The notes beneath the pieces were generated by a model that saw only the letters and a program-made list of their open reading frames with translations, made no database searches and was not told the DNA's origin. This document shows positions 10,196 to 21,292 of a stretch of 64,000 nucleotides of DNA, piece by piece; position 1 is the first letter of the stretch; each line of letters starts with the position of its first letter. Made by a program: the position numbers and the translations under genes. The stretch comes from Bacteriovoracia bacterium (lineage in GTDB: Bacteria > Bdellovibrionota > UBA1018 > JBFWNL01). The stretch lies in NCBI GenBank assembly GCA_050251055.1, contig JBFWNL010000003.1, forward strand, positions 256,001 to 320,000, read 5' to 3'.

Positions 10196-10699
10196 CTATA
10201 CGCGACGTTTCTTGGGCGGACGGCAGCCGTTGTGCGGAATCGGCGTCACGTCTTCGATATAAGTCACGCGGAGACCTGCCATCGAGAGCGCGCGCAATGC
10301 GCTTTCGCGGCCGGCACCCGGACCACTGACATAAACTTGTACGGAGCGCATGCCATTTTCCACGGCCTTGCGTCCGGCGTCTTCCGCGGCGACCTGCGCG
10401 GCGAAAGGCGTGTTTTTGCGCGAACCACGGAAGCCTTTTCCGCCCGCGCTGCACCAAGCGATCGCGTTACCCATCGGGTCCGTGACCGTGATGATCGTGT
10501 TGTTGAAAGAAGACAGGATGAAGACCTTGCCGGAAGAAACGTTCTTGCGGCTCTTCTTGACCTTCGCGGCTCCGTCGGCGGGAGCGGCACCGGCGGCCGG
10601 GGCCGCGCCTTCGGCACCCGTGGGCGCCGCGCCCGCAGCGGCAGCTGCGGCGGGTTTCTTTTCTTTATCGGTTTTTACTTCAGTCTTTTGTTCGCTCAT
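10196..10699 (-). CDS. rpsK: 30S ribosomal protein S11 with Ala-rich N-terminal extension
   Basis: [17 protein letters not shown] and [18 protein letters not shown]. Confidence 0.98.
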   Translation of the reverse strand: MSEQKTEVKTDKEKKPAAAAAAGAAPTGAEGAAPAAGAAPADGAAKVKKSRKNVSSGKVFILSSFNNTIITVTDPMGNAIAWCSAGGKGFRGSRKNTPFAAQVAAEDAGRKAVENGMRSVQVYVSGPGAGRESALRALSMAGLRVTYIEDVTPIPHNGCRPPKKRRV

Positions 10700-10727
10700 A
10701 TAATTCCAATAAATCTCTAACTAGCTA

Positions 10728-11114
10728 TTAGCCCTTCATGGCTTTGATGGACTTCTTGCCGGCGATCGCAACCGCTGGGCCCTTACGCGTACGCGCGTTC
10801 GAGTGCGTGCGTTGACCACGTACCGGCAATCCGCGACGATGGCGGACTCCGCGATAGCAGCCGAGATCTTCCAAGCGCTTGATGCTGAGGCTGACTTCAC
10901 GACGAAGATCGCCTTCGACTTTGTAAGCGCGGTCGAGGATTTCACGGATCTTGCCCACTTCGGCTTCGGTGATCGCGTCCGAACTTTTGTTCAGATCGAT
11001 TCCGGCTTCGGTCAGAATTTTCTTCGAGGAAGTTTTTCCGATTCCAAAAATATAAGTCAGCGCAATTTCCATGCGCTTGTTACGGGGCAAATCAACACCA
11101 GCAATACGAGCCAC
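10728..11114 (-). CDS. rpsM: 30S ribosomal protein S13
   Basis: [28 protein letters not shown] and NARTRKGP. Confidence 0.99.
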   Translation of the reverse strand: MARIAGVDLPRNKRMEIALTYIFGIGKTSSKKILTEAGIDLNKSSDAITEAEVGKIREILDRAYKVEGDLRREVSLSIKRLEDLGCYRGVRHRRGLPVRGQRTHSNARTRKGPAVAIAGKKSIKAMKG

Positions 11115-11241
11115 GCTCTATTCTCCTTAAAAAACGGCGTTCAATTAGTTGGATCCTGTCAAGTACTTCAAGAGGCGCAGAACTACAAGGATATTTGCTA
11201 AGAAATCCCCGCAAAAAACGCGGTAATTTCCCGGCTTTTGA

Positions 11242-11355
11242 TTACCCTTGGCGCTGCTTATGACGCGGGTTTTCGCAGATGACGCGAACCACACCCCGGC
11301 GGCGAACCACTTTGCATTTCAAACAGATCTTTTTAACCGATGCACGAACCTTCAT
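11242..11355 (-). CDS. rpmJ: 50S ribosomal protein L36 (zinc-binding type), below the ORF-track cutoff
   Basis: Manual translation [37 protein letters not shown], with a GAGGT RBS. Lies between infA and rpsM. Confidence 0.97.
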   Translation of the reverse strand: MKVRASVKKICLKCKVVRRRGVVRVICENPRHKQRQG

Positions 11356-11389
11356 TACGCTTTACCTCTTCTAAAAAACTAATAGTTGA

Positions 11390-11608
11390 CTATTTCGCTC
11401 TGTAAGTAATCCGCCCCCGGGTTAAATCGTAGGGAGAGAGCTCCACCGTCACTTTGTCGCCCGGGAGGATCTTGATGTAAAACATCCGCATCTTGCCGGA
11501 AATATGGGCCAGGATTTGATGCCCGTTCTCGAGTTTCACGCGAAACATGGCGTTCGGCAGGGGCTCCACCACGGTTCCTTCCACTACGATTGCATCTTCT
11601 TTGGCCAT
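11390..11608 (-). CDS. infA: Translation initiation factor IF-1
   Basis: MAKED...LPNAMFRV...AHISGKMR...[13 protein letters not shown]. Confidence 0.99.
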   Translation of the reverse strand: MAKEDAIVVEGTVVEPLPNAMFRVKLENGHQILAHISGKMRMFYIKILPGDKVTVELSPYDLTRGRITYRAK

Positions 11609-11643
11609 CCGACCCTTTCCAGTCGTCCTAAATCCACAATTCG

Positions 11644-12402
11644 CTAAGTCTTTGATCCTAAAGTCAAAATCTCCGGTCCTTTCGGCATAATCGCAACCGT
11701 GTGCTCAAAATGAGCCGATAGTGACCGATCTACCGTGACCGCCGTCCAACCATCTTTGAGGACTTTGACTTCAGGACTGCCGTTATTGACCATGGGCTCG
11801 ATCGCCAACACCATTCCGACCTTCAAGGGTATACCCTTCCCCTTGGCGCCAAAATTAGGCACTTGCGGCTCCTCATGGAGGGCCCTTCCGATACCATGAC
11901 CGACGAATTCCCTTACCACGCTGTATTTAAACGCTTCAACATAATTTTGGATCGCAAAACCAATGTCCAAGACGCGATTTCCCTCGTGGCACTGCTCGAT
12001 TCCCTTGAATAGCCCATCACGTGTCACGTCGATGAGCTTCTGAGCTTCGGGGCTGATCTTACCTACGGGTACGGTACGGGCGGAATCGCTGTACCAGCCC
12101 TCGTAAATAACCCCAAAATCCAGGCCCACAATGTCGCCGTCTTTTAACACACGCTTGGGAGACGGGATCCCGTGCACGACCTCCTCGTTTACCGAGATAC
12201 ATACACAGCTCGGGAACCCATGGTAGCCTTTGAACGCGGGCTTTACTTTTAGCTCCCGGCAGCGGCTCTCGGCGTACTGATCCAGCTCGCCCGTCGTCAC
12301 GCCGGGTTTCGCCATCGCCGACATCTCGTCGAGGATCTGCGCTAGCGCTGAACCCGCTTTGCGCATGTAATCGAGCTCGCGTTCGGATTTCAAGGTGATC
12401 AT
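11644..12402 (-). CDS. map: Type I methionine aminopeptidase
   Basis: [30 protein letters not shown] and SAHFEHT. Confidence 0.98.
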   Translation of the reverse strand: MITLKSERELDYMRKAGSALAQILDEMSAMAKPGVTTGELDQYAESRCRELKVKPAFKGYHGFPSCVCISVNEEVVHGIPSPKRVLKDGDIVGLDFGVIYEGWYSDSARTVPVGKISPEAQKLIDVTRDGLFKGIEQCHEGNRVLDIGFAIQNYVEAFKYSVVREFVGHGIGRALHEEPQVPNFGAKGKGIPLKVGMVLAIEPMVNNGSPEVKVLKDGWTAVTVDRSLSAHFEHTVAIMPKGPEILTLGSKT

Positions 12403-12410
12403 GACGGAAC

Positions 12411-13052
12411 TTACTTCAAGGTTCCGAGAAGCGAAGTATAGACCTGGTCCGGAGACTCGCTGGCGTTGATCTGCTTCAAAATGTTTTTCTTCGTGTAGAA
12501 ATCAACCAGCGGCGCCGTCTGTTTGCGATAAACTTCGAGCCGGTTCTTGATCACCGACTCCTTGTCGTCATCGCGCTGGACGAGCGCGGTTCCGCAGTTG
12601 TCGCAAACGCCGTCGCTTTTTGGCTTCGTGAACTTCACGTGAAAAACCGCGCTGCACTTGGGACAGCTGCGGCGGCCCGAGAGGCGCTCGATCACGTCGG
12701 CGTCGTCGACTTCGAAGAAAATCACGCGCTCGAGCTTGCGGCCCGAGGCCGCCAACATCTGGTCCATGGTTTCCGCCTGCGGGATATTGCGAGGGAAGCC
12801 ATCGAGGATGAAACCATTTTTGCAGTCGGGATTCTGAATACGTTCTTTAATGAGTCCAACCACGATCGCGTCGGTCACGAGCTCGCCCCGATCCATGAAA
12901 GCTTTCGCTTCCATTCCCAGCTTGCTCCTGGCGGCGATCGCCGCGCGCAGCATGTCGCCCGTGGAAAGCTGCGGCCAGCCCTTCTCCGTGACCAAGCGCT
13001 TGGCTTGCGTTCCTTTTCCAGAGCCAGGCGGGCCAAGCAGCAGCAAGATCAT
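12411..13052 (-). CDS. adk: Adenylate kinase (4-Cys zinc LID)
   Basis: GPPGSGKGTQA, STGDMLR and LDGFPR. CPKC and CDNC in the LID. Confidence 0.99.
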   Translation of the reverse strand: MILLLLGPPGSGKGTQAKRLVTEKGWPQLSTGDMLRAAIAARSKLGMEAKAFMDRGELVTDAIVVGLIKERIQNPDCKNGFILDGFPRNIPQAETMDQMLAASGRKLERVIFFEVDDADVIERLSGRRSCPKCSAVFHVKFTKPKSDGVCDNCGTALVQRDDDKESVIKNRLEVYRKQTAPLVDFYTKKNILKQINASESPDQVYTSLLGTLK

Positions 13053-14353
13053 CGGTAAGCCGCTCTACCCTTCAGCCGCGCGTGCTTCATGAAGCCTTCG
13101 TAGTTGCGGCTCAGCAAGAACGTTTCGATCTGCGCCGTCGTATCGAGCGCCACGCCCACCAAGATCAGCACGCTGGTGCCGCCGAAATAAAACGGCACGT
13201 GCATGGCTTGGGTCATGAGCGTCGGCAACACGCAGATGGCGGAGATGTAAATCGCGCCACCCAAAGTGATTCGTCCCAATACGTAATCAATGTATTCCGC
13301 GGTGGCTGGACCCGGACGGATGCCGGGGATGAAGCCGCCGTACTTCTTGAGATTATCGGCCACATCGTCGGTCTTAAAGACGATAGCGGTGTAAAAATAA
13401 CAGAAGAACACAATCAGGCCGACGAAGAGCACGTTGTAAATGAGCGCGCCGGGCTGCACCATCGCGGCGAGCTTCTGCATCCAAGGCACGTGTACGAAGT
13501 TGCCCAAGGTCCCCGGAAACATGATGAGCGAAGACGCGAAGATCGGCGGGATCACGCCGGAGGTGTTGATCTTAAGCGGCAAGTGGGTGTTCTGGCCCCC
13601 GTAAACCTTCCGCCCGACGATCCGTTTGGCGTACTGAATCGAAATCCGGCGGGAGCCCCGCTCCACGAAAATGATCACAAAGAAGGTAACAATAATGATC
13701 GCGAGCACCATCAGGATGCGGAAAGCGCTCATTTCGCCCGAGCGGTAAAGACTCAGGGTGTTGGCGATGCCGCCCGGAATGGCCGCGGCGATACCGCCGA
13801 AGATCAGCAGCGAAATACCGTTGCCGATGCCACGCTCGGAGATCTGCTCGCCCAGCCACATTAGGAACACGGTGCCCGCGGTGAGCGTCAATGCCGTCAT
13901 GAGACGGAAGCCCATGCCAGGCGTAATGACGATGCCGCCGCCGCCCATGTTTTCGAGGCCCGTGGCGATGGAGTATCCCTGCACCAAGCAGAGCACGACC
14001 GTGCCGTAACGAACGTATTGAGTCTTCTTTTTGCGGCCGGCTTCGCCTTCTTTTTTCAGCTCGGCGAGAAACGGCCACACCACCGTCAGGAGCTCGAAAA
14101 TAATGGAGCTGCTGATGTAAGGCATGACGCCCAACGCAAGGATGGAAAAGCGCTCAAGCGCGCCGCCCGAGAACATATTGAAGACGCCGAAAACCGTGCC
14201 TTGCAGCTGCTCGAAGAGCTTAGCCAACTCGTCAGAGTTGATGCCAGGAGTAGGGACGTGCACGCCCAGACGGTACACGGCCAACACCATCAAGCTGAAC
14301 AGAATGCGTTTCCGTAGTTCCGGGATCTTTACAATTCCATCTGCTCCAGACAT
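13049..14353 (-). CDS. secY: Preprotein translocase subunit SecY
   Basis: SILALGVMPYISSSII, GIGNGISL, IPGIRPG and FGGTSVLI. Multiple TM segments. Confidence 0.99.
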   Translation of the reverse strand: MSGADGIVKIPELRKRILFSLMVLAVYRLGVHVPTPGINSDELAKLFEQLQGTVFGVFNMFSGGALERFSILALGVMPYISSSIIFELLTVVWPFLAELKKEGEAGRKKKTQYVRYGTVVLCLVQGYSIATGLENMGGGGIVITPGMGFRLMTALTLTAGTVFLMWLGEQISERGIGNGISLLIFGGIAAAIPGGIANTLSLYRSGEMSAFRILMVLAIIIVTFFVIIFVERGSRRISIQYAKRIVGRKVYGGQNTHLPLKINTSGVIPPIFASSLIMFPGTLGNFVHVPWMQKLAAMVQPGALIYNVLFVGLIVFFCYFYTAIVFKTDDVADNLKKYGGFIPGIRPGPATAEYIDYVLGRITLGGAIYISAICVLPTLMTQAMHVPFYFGGTSVLILVGVALDTTAQIETFLLSRNYEGFMKHARLKGRAAYR

Positions 14354-14402
14354 CGCTCGCTTCGCTCCTTCTTCGCTCGACTACGACTGCGGATTCGGTC
14401 TC

Positions 14403-14930
14403 TTACTTTTTCTTGGCGGTTTTCTTGGCTGCCTTCTTAGCCTTCGTCTCTTCCTTCCGAATATCGGAGAGGGAGCGCGGGCGCGGGACGATTTCGAAGC
14501 TGCCGCCGGCCTGCTTGATCTTTTCCTGGGCCGAGGGGCTGACCTTGTGGGCCTTCACCTTGAAAGCCTTCTTCAGTTCGCCGGTGCCCAAAATAACGAG
14601 CTGGTCGGCGTAACCGCGGACCTGCTTGCCCTTCATGAGGGACTCCAGGGTCACTTCCGAATACTCCTTCGGATCGAGACGCTCGAGATCGCCGACGTTC
14701 AGGACGGCGCGCTCACGACGCATGAAATTGGCAAAGCCGCGCTTCGGCAGCTTACGGTACAGAGGCGTCTGACCGCCTTCGAAACCCGGACGGGAAACGC
14801 CACCACTACGGGCCAGCTGACCCTTATCGCCTTTACCGGCCGTGGGACCACCGGAACCGGGTCCGCGGCCTTTACGACGGGGCGCCTGAGTGGCGCCCGG
14901 CTGGGCTTTAATGTTGTTTAACTGCAACAT
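14403..14930 (-). CDS. rplO: 50S ribosomal protein L15
   Basis: GRGPGSG and GFEGGQTPLYRKLPKRGF. Lys/Ala C-tail. Confidence 0.98.
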   Translation of the reverse strand: MLQLNNIKAQPGATQAPRRKGRGPGSGGPTAGKGDKGQLARSGGVSRPGFEGGQTPLYRKLPKRGFANFMRRERAVLNVGDLERLDPKEYSEVTLESLMKGKQVRGYADQLVILGTGELKKAFKVKAHKVSPSAQEKIKQAGGSFEIVPRPRSLSDIRKEETKAKKAAKKTAKKK

Positions 14931-14931
14931 A

Positions 14932-15129
14932 CTAACTCTCCTTCACCACTTCTACGAGGTGTAGAACTTTCTTGATCATGCCACGAACCGCCGGGGTGTT
15001 CTCCAGGGTGCGGACATGCTCACGATGGCGCAAACCCAGCCCCGCGATCGTGGCGCGTTGCTTCGGGTTGCACGAAATCGTGCCTTTTTTCAGCTTAATC
15101 GTAATGTTTTTCTTCGTGCCTGCGCTCAT
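14932..15129 (-). CDS. rpmD: 50S ribosomal protein L30
   Basis: LGLR...NTPAVRGMIKKV. Expected operon position. Confidence 0.95.
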   Translation of the reverse strand: MSAGTKKNITIKLKKGTISCNPKQRATIAGLGLRHREHVRTLENTPAVRGMIKKVLHLVEVVKES

Positions 15130-15139
15130 AACTCACCTC

Positions 15140-15655
15140 TTAGCTCAGAATCTCGGCGACTTGCTTGCCGCGCGCCCGGGCGATGTCCTGGAAGCTGCGG
15201 AGTTTCTTCAAGGCGACGAGCGTCGCGCGCACGACGTTGTGCGGGTTGTCGCGACGGATCGACTTGGCATTGATGTTCTGGATGCCAGCGGCTTCCAAGA
15301 TCGCGCGCACGCTGGAGCTGGCGATCACGCCCGTTCCTTCCGGGGCGGGCTTCATCAACACGCGGCTGGCGCCGTAACGGCCCAGGATCTGGTGCGGGAT
15401 AGTGGTACCTTCCAGCGCGACCTTCATCATGTGCTTGCGCGCCTTCTTGCCGGCCTTCTTGATGGCTTCCGGCACTTCGCTGGCTTTACCCAGGCCCACG
15501 CCGACGCTGCCCTTCTTGTCGCCGACCACCACGATCGCCGAGAAGCTGAAGCGGCGTCCGCCCTTCACTACCTTCGCGCAGCGATTGATGTGGATGACCT
15601 TATCTTCAAAGTCGCCATCTTCACGATTGTCCCGGCGATCATTTCTTTCAGCCAT
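15140..15655 (-). CDS. rpsE: 30S ribosomal protein S5
   Basis: [19 protein letters not shown] and [10 protein letters not shown]. Confidence 0.99.
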   Translation of the reverse strand: MAERNDRRDNREDGDFEDKVIHINRCAKVVKGGRRFSFSAIVVVGDKKGSVGVGLGKASEVPEAIKKAGKKARKHMMKVALEGTTIPHQILGRYGASRVLMKPAPEGTGVIASSSVRAILEAAGIQNINAKSIRRDNPHNVVRATLVALKKLRSFQDIARARGKQVAEILS

Positions 15656-15669
15656 TTTTCAATCTCTCC

Positions 15670-16050
15670 TTAAAATTTCAATCCACCTTCACGCGCGGCA
15701 TCGGCGACTGCCTTGATGCGACCGTGATAGATGTAACCGCCGCGGTCGAAGACCACCTTGGTGATGTTCTTGGCGATGGCGCGCTTGGCGATCAAGCCGC
15801 CGACCGTCTTCGCACCTTCGACCGAGCTGTGGGCTTTCTTGCCACGCAGCTCTTCCTCGGAGGTCGAAGCCGCGGCCAGCGTGTGGCCCTTGGTGTCGTT
15901 GATGATCTGCACGTAGATGTGCTTGTTCGAGCGGAACACCGCCAGGCGAGGACGCTCTTCGGTCCCTTCCAAGCGCGCGCGGATGCGCGCCTTGTGCTTG
16001 AACCGCACCTTCTTCTTCGGATTCGTCGTGCGACGGATTCTGGTTGCCAT
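15670..16050 (-). CDS. rplR: 50S ribosomal protein L18
   Basis: [16 protein letters not shown] and [13 protein letters not shown]. Confidence 0.99.
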   Translation of the reverse strand: MATRIRRTTNPKKKVRFKHKARIRARLEGTEERPRLAVFRSNKHIYVQIINDTKGHTLAAASTSEEELRGKKAHSSVEGAKTVGGLIAKRAIAKNITKVVFDRGGYIYHGRIKAVADAAREGGLKF

Positions 16051-16051
16051 A

Positions 16052-16597
16052 TTACTTCGCTCCTGCCGCCTTGCCTTGCTTGCGGATGATTCTTTCGTTC
16101 GTGTACTTCACGCCCTTGCCTTGGTAAGGCTCCGGCTTCTTGAACGCGCGGATCTTGTCCGCGACCATGCCCACCATCACCTTGTCCGCGCCGCTCACCA
16201 CCACGTGGGTGTTGTTCGTCACGGCCGCCGTGATGCCTTCGGGCAGTTCGTAGTCAATCGGGTGCGAGTAGCCCAAAGTCATGCTCAGGACCTTGCCCTT
16301 CACGGCCGCGCGGTAACCGACGCCGACGATATCGAGCTCTTTCTCGAAACCCGTCTTCACGCCGTGAACCATGTTGCCAATCAAGGTGCGGCTCACGCCG
16401 TGGAGGGCGCTGAGCTTCTTGTTGTCCTTTTCCTTACGGGTCACCAGCAGGTTGTCCTTGTCGAGCTTCGCTTCGATGCCTTCCGGCATGCGGTAGCTGA
16501 GCTTGCCTTTCGGGCCTTCAACCTTCACCAAGCCGTCCTTGATGTCGACCTTTACGCCCTGCTGAACTTTAATGGGTGCCTTACCTACGCGAGACAT
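16052..16597 (-). CDS. rplF: 50S ribosomal protein L6
   Basis: [21 protein letters not shown] and PEPYQGKGV. Confidence 0.99.
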   Translation of the reverse strand: MSRVGKAPIKVQQGVKVDIKDGLVKVEGPKGKLSYRMPEGIEAKLDKDNLLVTRKEKDNKKLSALHGVSRTLIGNMVHGVKTGFEKELDIVGVGYRAAVKGKVLSMTLGYSHPIDYELPEGITAAVTNNTHVVVSGADKVMVGMVADKIRAFKKPEPYQGKGVKYTNERIIRKQGKAAGAK

Positions 16598-16600
16598 ATT

Positions 16601-17002
16601 TTACCAAACCTCACAAAGGACTTCGCCGCCGACCTTCATGGCGCGAGCTTTCGATCCCGTCAGCACGCCCTTGGACGTGGACACGATCGCGATCCCGGCG
16701 CCGCCCAGCGGACGAGGCAGGGTATCGTAGCTCGAATACCGGCGCAGGCCCGGCGTGCTCACCCGGCGGATGCCTTGGATCACGCTTTGACCGTCTTCGC
16801 CGTACTTCAAGTAAACCTTGATCTGGGCATGGCCCTTGTCGTCGCGCATGAGGCGGAAGTTCTTCACGAATCCTTCTTCCTTCAGCACGCGCACGACGTT
16901 CGCCTTGATGCGCGAAGCGGGAATATCGATCTTCTCGATCTTCTCCTTGGCGCCGTTACGAATTCTCGTCAATAAATCTGCAATCGGATCAGTCATTGCC
17001 AT
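16601..17002 (-). CDS. rpsH: 30S ribosomal protein S8
   Basis: [25 protein letters not shown] and GGEVLCEVW. Confidence 0.99.
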   Translation of the reverse strand: MAMTDPIADLLTRIRNGAKEKIEKIDIPASRIKANVVRVLKEEGFVKNFRLMRDDKGHAQIKVYLKYGEDGQSVIQGIRRVSTPGLRRYSSYDTLPRPLGGAGIAIVSTSKGVLTGSKARAMKVGGEVLCEVW

Positions 17003-17010
17003 AAATCACC

Positions 17011-17196
17011 TCACCAGCTCGACTTCGTCACGCCCGGCAGTTCGCCCCGGAGCGCCATACCGCGGAAACACAGGCGGCACATGTTGAACTTGCGCATATA
17101 CGCGCGGGGACGGCCGCACAACGGACAGCGGTTGCGCACCCTCACCTTGAACTTAAGCTTTTTGCCGATCTTCTCGAGCTTACATTTCTTAGCCAA
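17011..17196 (-). CDS. rpsZ: 30S ribosomal protein S14, short zinc-binding (type Z)
   Basis: 61 aa with RCPLCGRPR...CRLCFR...[11 protein letters not shown] start with GGAG RBS. Confidence 0.97.
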   Translation of the reverse strand: MAKKCKLEKIGKKLKFKVRVRNRCPLCGRPRAYMRKFNMCRLCFRGMALRGELPGVTKSSW

Positions 17197-17208
17197 ACGT
17201 CGGTCTCC

Positions 17209-17940
17209 TTACTTTCTGAAAGGCATGCCAAGCTCGGTCAGCATCGCCCGAGCGTGTTCGTTCTTGGTTGCCGAGGTGGTGATCGTGATGGTCATACCCG
17301 CGACCTTTTCCACCTTATCGTAATTAATTTCCGGGAAGATGATCTGCTCGCGCAGGCCCATCGAGTAATTCCCGCGGCCGTCAAAGCTCTTCGGGTTCAC
17401 GCCGCGGAAGTCACGCACGCGAGGAAGCGCGGTGTTCATCAAGCGGTCCAGGAATTCGTACATGCGCGCGCGGCGCAGGGTCACGCGCACCGCGAGCGGG
17501 ATGCCGGCGCGAACTTTGAAGTTCGAAATCGCCTTCTTCGCGCGGGTGAAGACCGGCTTCTGACCGGTGATCGCCATGATCTCATTGTAGGTATGATCGA
17601 GCAGCTTCGGGTTGCCCACGGCTTCCTTCAGCGCGCAGTTGATCACGACCTTCTTGATGCGCGGTACTTGCATCGGGTTCTTGAACTGGAATTGCTTCAT
17701 CAGGGAAGGCACCACCGTGTCGGTGTAGAGCTTCTGCAGGCGCGGGGTGGCCGACGGCGAAATGCGGGTTTCCCCGTCCGCCGCGATCTTCACGTCCGAC
17801 TGGACGCCCTTATCGCGCTTGCCTTTGCCTTCCTTGCCTCCGCCCTTCTTCGCTTCCTTCGCGGCTTCGGGGGCGGCTCCGCCTTCGGCGGCCGGCTTGG
17901 CTTTCTTTTCAGTTTTCTTATCTTCGTTATTCTCAGCCAT
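17209..17940 (-). CDS. rplE: 50S ribosomal protein L5 with long N-terminal extension
   Basis: [23 protein letters not shown] and [15 protein letters not shown] before the extended start. Confidence 0.98.
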   Translation of the reverse strand: MAENNEDKKTEKKAKPAAEGGAAPEAAKEAKKGGGKEGKGKRDKGVQSDVKIAADGETRISPSATPRLQKLYTDTVVPSLMKQFQFKNPMQVPRIKKVVINCALKEAVGNPKLLDHTYNEIMAITGQKPVFTRAKKAISNFKVRAGIPLAVRVTLRRARMYEFLDRLMNTALPRVRDFRGVNPKSFDGRGNYSMGLREQIIFPEINYDKVEKVAGMTITITTSATKNEHARAMLTELGMPFRK

Positions 17941-17949
17941 AAATTCCTC

Positions 17950-18306
17950 TTACTTCGACGTCTCGAGCGCGGTGTCGCACTTCTTGCACACGCGGGTCTT
18001 CTTAGCGCCGCCCTTCGCCTTGGCGTCGATTTTCATTCCGTGCCGTACGCCCTTGTTGCACTTCGGGCACATCAGCAGCACGTTGGAATAATGAATCGGC
18101 AGTTCCTTTTCCAGCATTCCGCCGGCGGGGTTTTGCTGACTGGGCTTCACGTGGCGCTTCTTCATGTTGATGCGTTCCACGACCACCCGGCCGGACTTGC
18201 CCAACACGCGCATGACCTTGCCGGTCTTGCCGCGATCACTGCCCGTCATGACCTGCACGAGGTCATTCTTACGGATCGTAAACTTAGTGGTTGCCTGGGC
18301 GCTCAT
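17950..18306 (-). CDS. rplX: 50S ribosomal protein L24
   Basis: KOW motif [10 protein letters not shown] and [13 protein letters not shown] and CKKC. Confidence 0.97.
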   Translation of the reverse strand: MSAQATTKFTIRKNDLVQVMTGSDRGKTGKVMRVLGKSGRVVVERINMKKRHVKPSQQNPAGGMLEKELPIHYSNVLLMCPKCNKGVRHGMKIDAKAKGGAKKTRVCKKCDTALETSK

Positions 18307-18671
18307 AATACCTCCGGAGCGAGCGAGATGATCTTGGTGAACGCCTTACCGCGCAGCTCACGCGCCACGGGTCCAAAGATACGCGTGCCGATCGGCTCAC
18401 TCTGGGCGTTGATCAAGACCGCCGAATTCGAATCAAAGCGGATGTAGGTGCCGTCGCCACGATTGATTTCCTTCTTCGTGCGGACGACCACGGCCTTCAG
18501 GATGTCCCCCTTCTTCACTTTCGCGTTCGGGGAGGCGTCCTTCACGGTGACGACGATCACGTCGCCCACGCTGGCGTACCGGCGGCGCGAACCGCCCAGC
18601 ACCTTGATGCACATGACGGACTTGGCGCCGGAGTTATCCGCGACATCCAACCGTGTGGTTTGCATAATCAT
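18303..18671 (-). CDS. rplN: 50S ribosomal protein L14
   Basis: [20 protein letters not shown] and [10 protein letters not shown]. Confidence 0.99.
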   Translation of the reverse strand: MIMQTTRLDVADNSGAKSVMCIKVLGGSRRRYASVGDVIVVTVKDASPNAKVKKGDILKAVVVRTKKEINRGDGTYIRFDSNSAVLINAQSEPIGTRIFGPVARELRGKAFTKIISLAPEVL

Positions 18672-18683
18672 GACAAATTCTCC

Positions 18684-19082
18684 TTAATCCACGTTCACCA
18701 GCGCGGCGGAGCTGCCACGACGGATGATCGATTGGAGGACCCAACGCTTTTCCCGGCTCAAAGGACGGCTCTCGACGAGCGACACCAGGTCGCCGGTCTT
18801 CGCGTCGTTCTTCTCGTCGTGCGCCTTAAACTTGCGCGAACGTACGGTGTACTTGTTGTAGAAGGAATCGCGAACGCGACGATCGATGCGGACCACGATG
18901 GTCTTCTGCATCTTATCGCTCACCACGATGCCCACCATTTCCCCGCGGCGCTGGAGCGCGTTGCGGGTGTCCTGGTTGATTTCCAGGGTCTTCTCGTCCG
19001 TGCTCGTCGAGGCGGCGCGAGAGGTTTTATTTTCCTTTGCCGGGGCGGTCTTCACAGCCGGCTTCTTCGTCGTCGTTGCCAT
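18684..19082 (-). CDS. rpsQ: 30S ribosomal protein S17 with N-terminal extension
   Basis: GIVVSDKMQKTIVV, AHDEKN and ESRPLSREKRW. Confidence 0.97.
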   Translation of the reverse strand: MATTTKKPAVKTAPAKENKTSRAASTSTDEKTLEINQDTRNALQRRGEMVGIVVSDKMQKTIVVRIDRRVRDSFYNKYTVRSRKFKAHDEKNDAKTGDLVSLVESRPLSREKRWVLQSIIRRGSSAALVNVD

Positions 19083-19330
19083 TACTTCTTACCTTTCGCC
19101 GAAGCTTCGGTTTTCGTCGCCTTTTGGGCTTTGGCCGCGCTCAAGGAAGCAAGCATGAACTTCATGCGATTCAGCTCCTTGCGCTGGCGCCAGATCTTCG
19201 CGGTGTCTTCGAGTTGGCCGGTGGCCAGCTTGAGACGGGAGTCAAACACGGCGGCTTCGGATTCGCGAATCTTCGTCCGCAATTCGTCCGCCGTCAGGTT
19301 CCGCACGTCTTTCATCTTTTTATTCGCCAC
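19082..19330 (-). CDS. rpmC: 50S ribosomal protein L29
   Basis: R-x-LT-x2-EL and ATGQLEDTAKI. Lies between rplP and rpsQ. Confidence 0.93.
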   Translation of the reverse strand: MANKKMKDVRNLTADELRTKIRESEAAVFDSRLKLATGQLEDTAKIWRQRKELNRMKFMLASLSAAKAQKATKTEASAKGKK

Positions 19331-19340
19331 GATTCACCTC

Positions 19341-19910
19341 TTACTTCTTCGCCTTGGCGTCCGCGGCCTTGGCATCTGCCTTAGCCGGAGCCGCTTCCGC
19401 CGCGCCTTCCGCCGGCTTCGCCGGGGCCGGAGCCGCCGCTTCGCGGGCCGCCTTGGTTTGGCGCATCGGCGCCATGGTCGCCGTGCGCTTCTTGATCTCG
19501 TCGTCCGTGCGCGAGATCGGCTTGCAGTGAAGCGGCAACTTATAGTTGGCGAGCTTCATCGCGCCGATCGCGTCTTCGCGCGGGATCCCGGCCATCTCGA
19601 ACAGGATGCGTCCGGGTTTCACGACTGCCACCCAGTCTTCCACCCCGCCCTTACCGGAACCCATGCGGGTTTCGGCCGGCTTTTTGGTGAGAGGCTTATG
19701 CGGGAAGATACGGATCCAGATGTTGCCGCCGCGCTTGATGTAACGGGACATCGCCACGCGGGCCGCTTCGATCTGACGGGAAGTGATCTTGCCGCAGGTC
19801 GTGGCCACCAGGCCGAAATCGCCAAAGTGCAAGGTCGCGCCGCGGTCTGCCTTGCCGCGCATCTTGCCTTTCTGCTGCTTACGCCATTTAACTCGCTTAG
19901 GGGCTAACAT
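19341..19910 (-). CDS. rplP: 50S ribosomal protein L16 with Ala/Lys/Pro C-terminal extension
   Basis: [24 protein letters not shown] and ETRMGSGKG. Confidence 0.99.
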   Translation of the reverse strand: MLAPKRVKWRKQQKGKMRGKADRGATLHFGDFGLVATTCGKITSRQIEAARVAMSRYIKRGGNIWIRIFPHKPLTKKPAETRMGSGKGGVEDWVAVVKPGRILFEMAGIPREDAIGAMKLANYKLPLHCKPISRTDDEIKKRTATMAPMRQTKAAREAAAPAPAKPAEGAAEAAPAKADAKAADAKAKK

Positions 19911-19916
19911 GGTCGA

Positions 19917-20594
19917 CTACTCCCTCTTGCTGGCCAGGGCTTTCGCCTGGTCCGCGGCCTGACGCTTGAGGGTCTGCACTTCACCCAGGTAAACCCAGGT
20001 GCGCACGCCGATCAAACCGTAGGCGGTGTTGGCTTCCGAAAAACCGTAATCAATGTTCGCGCGCAGGGTGTGGAGCGGCACGCTGTCCTCGCTGTACCAT
20101 TCGCGGCGGGCGATTTCCGCGCCCCCGAGACGGCCCGAGCACTGGATCTTGATGCCCTTGATGCCCTGCTTGAACGCGGCGGTCATGCACTTCTTCATGG
20201 CGCGGCGGAAACCGACACGCTTGGCGAGCTGACCCGCGACGTTCTCCGAAATCAACATGGCGTTGGCTTCGGGATTCTTCACTTCGATGATGTTCAAGAA
20301 GACTTCCGAGGACGAAAGCTTCTGGATCTCGGCCTTGAGGCTCTCGACGCCAGCGCCCTTCTTGCCGATCACGATGCCGGGACGGGCGGTATGCACGTTC
20401 ACCTTCACCTTGTTCGCGGCGCGCTCGATCTCGATGCCGGCGATGCCCGCGCTAGCGAGCTTGGCCTTCAGGAAACGGCGGAGCTTCACGTCTTCGTGCA
20501 AGAGCTTGGCGTAGTTCTGCTTGGAGAACCAACGGCTGTCCCAGGTACGGGTGACGCCTACGCGGAATCCGATTGGATTAACTTTCTGACCCAT
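19917..20594 (-). CDS. rpsC: 30S ribosomal protein S3
   Basis: [33 protein letters not shown] and VPLHTLRA. Confidence 0.99.
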   Translation of the reverse strand: MGQKVNPIGFRVGVTRTWDSRWFSKQNYAKLLHEDVKLRRFLKAKLASAGIAGIEIERAANKVKVNVHTARPGIVIGKKGAGVESLKAEIQKLSSSEVFLNIIEVKNPEANAMLISENVAGQLAKRVGFRRAMKKCMTAAFKQGIKGIKIQCSGRLGGAEIARREWYSEDSVPLHTLRANIDYGFSEANTAYGLIGVRTWVYLGEVQTLKRQAADQAKALASKRE

Positions 20595-20605
20595 TCTCTA
20601 TCTCC

Positions 20606-20950
20606 TCAAACCTTTTCCGCTAGCGTCACTTTAATGTGGCTAGTGCGTTTCTTGATGCCGAATGCCGAACCCTTCGCGCGCGGGCGGAAGCGTTTCAGCG
20701 TCGGGCCTTGGCAAACCAAAACCGTCTTCACAAACAGGTTGTCGACGTCGATGGCGCCCTTGCCTTTTTGGTCGGCGTTGGCCACCGCGCTCTTCAAGAG
20801 CTTGTGGAGGGCCATCGCGGCCTTCTTACGCGGCGAAAACCGCAGGTAAGTCAGGGCGAAGTTGATGTTCTTGCCACGGATCTCGTCGGCCAGAAGAATC
20901 ATCTTCCGGGGGGCGGACCGCATGAAACTGAGCTGTGCCTTCACTTCCAT
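20606..20950 (-). CDS. rplV: 50S ribosomal protein L22
   Basis: KSAVANA, GPTLKRFRPRAKG and KRTSHI. Confidence 0.98.
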   Translation of the reverse strand: MEVKAQLSFMRSAPRKMILLADEIRGKNINFALTYLRFSPRKKAAMALHKLLKSAVANADQKGKGAIDVDNLFVKTVLVCQGPTLKRFRPRAKGSAFGIKKRTSHIKVTLAEKV

Positions 20951-20959
20951 ATTCGCTCC

Positions 20960-21280
20960 TTACTTCTTGTCCCCAGCCGGGGCGGCGGCGGCTGCCGGAG
21001 CAGCGCCTTCAGCCTTCTTGTCGGCAGGCGTGTGGCCATGGAACGTGCGGCTGATGGCGAATTCGCCCATCTTGTGCCCGACCATGTTTTCCGTGACGTA
21101 CACGGGAATGAATTTCTTGCCGTTATGCACGGCGAACGTCAGGCCCACGAAATCCGGGAGGATCATGGAACGACGGGACCAGGTCTTGATCACTTTACGG
21201 TCGCCCGAAGCTTTCGCGGCGGTCACCTTCTTCTCGAGGTGCGCATCGCAAAACGGGCCTTTCTTTAAAGATCTTGCCAC
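20960..21280 (-). CDS. rpsS: 30S ribosomal protein S19
   Basis: [17 protein letters not shown] and [10 protein letters not shown]. Confidence 0.99.
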   Translation of the reverse strand: MARSLKKGPFCDAHLEKKVTAAKASGDRKVIKTWSRRSMILPDFVGLTFAVHNGKKFIPVYVTENMVGHKMGEFAISRTFHGHTPADKKAEGAAPAAAAAPAGDKK

Positions 21281-21292
21281 AGTCGAATCTCC

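Noticed and set aside
11157-11162. Perfect TTGACA on the minus strand upstream of rpsM
   Set aside because: No acceptable -10 hexamer at 16-18 nt spacing.
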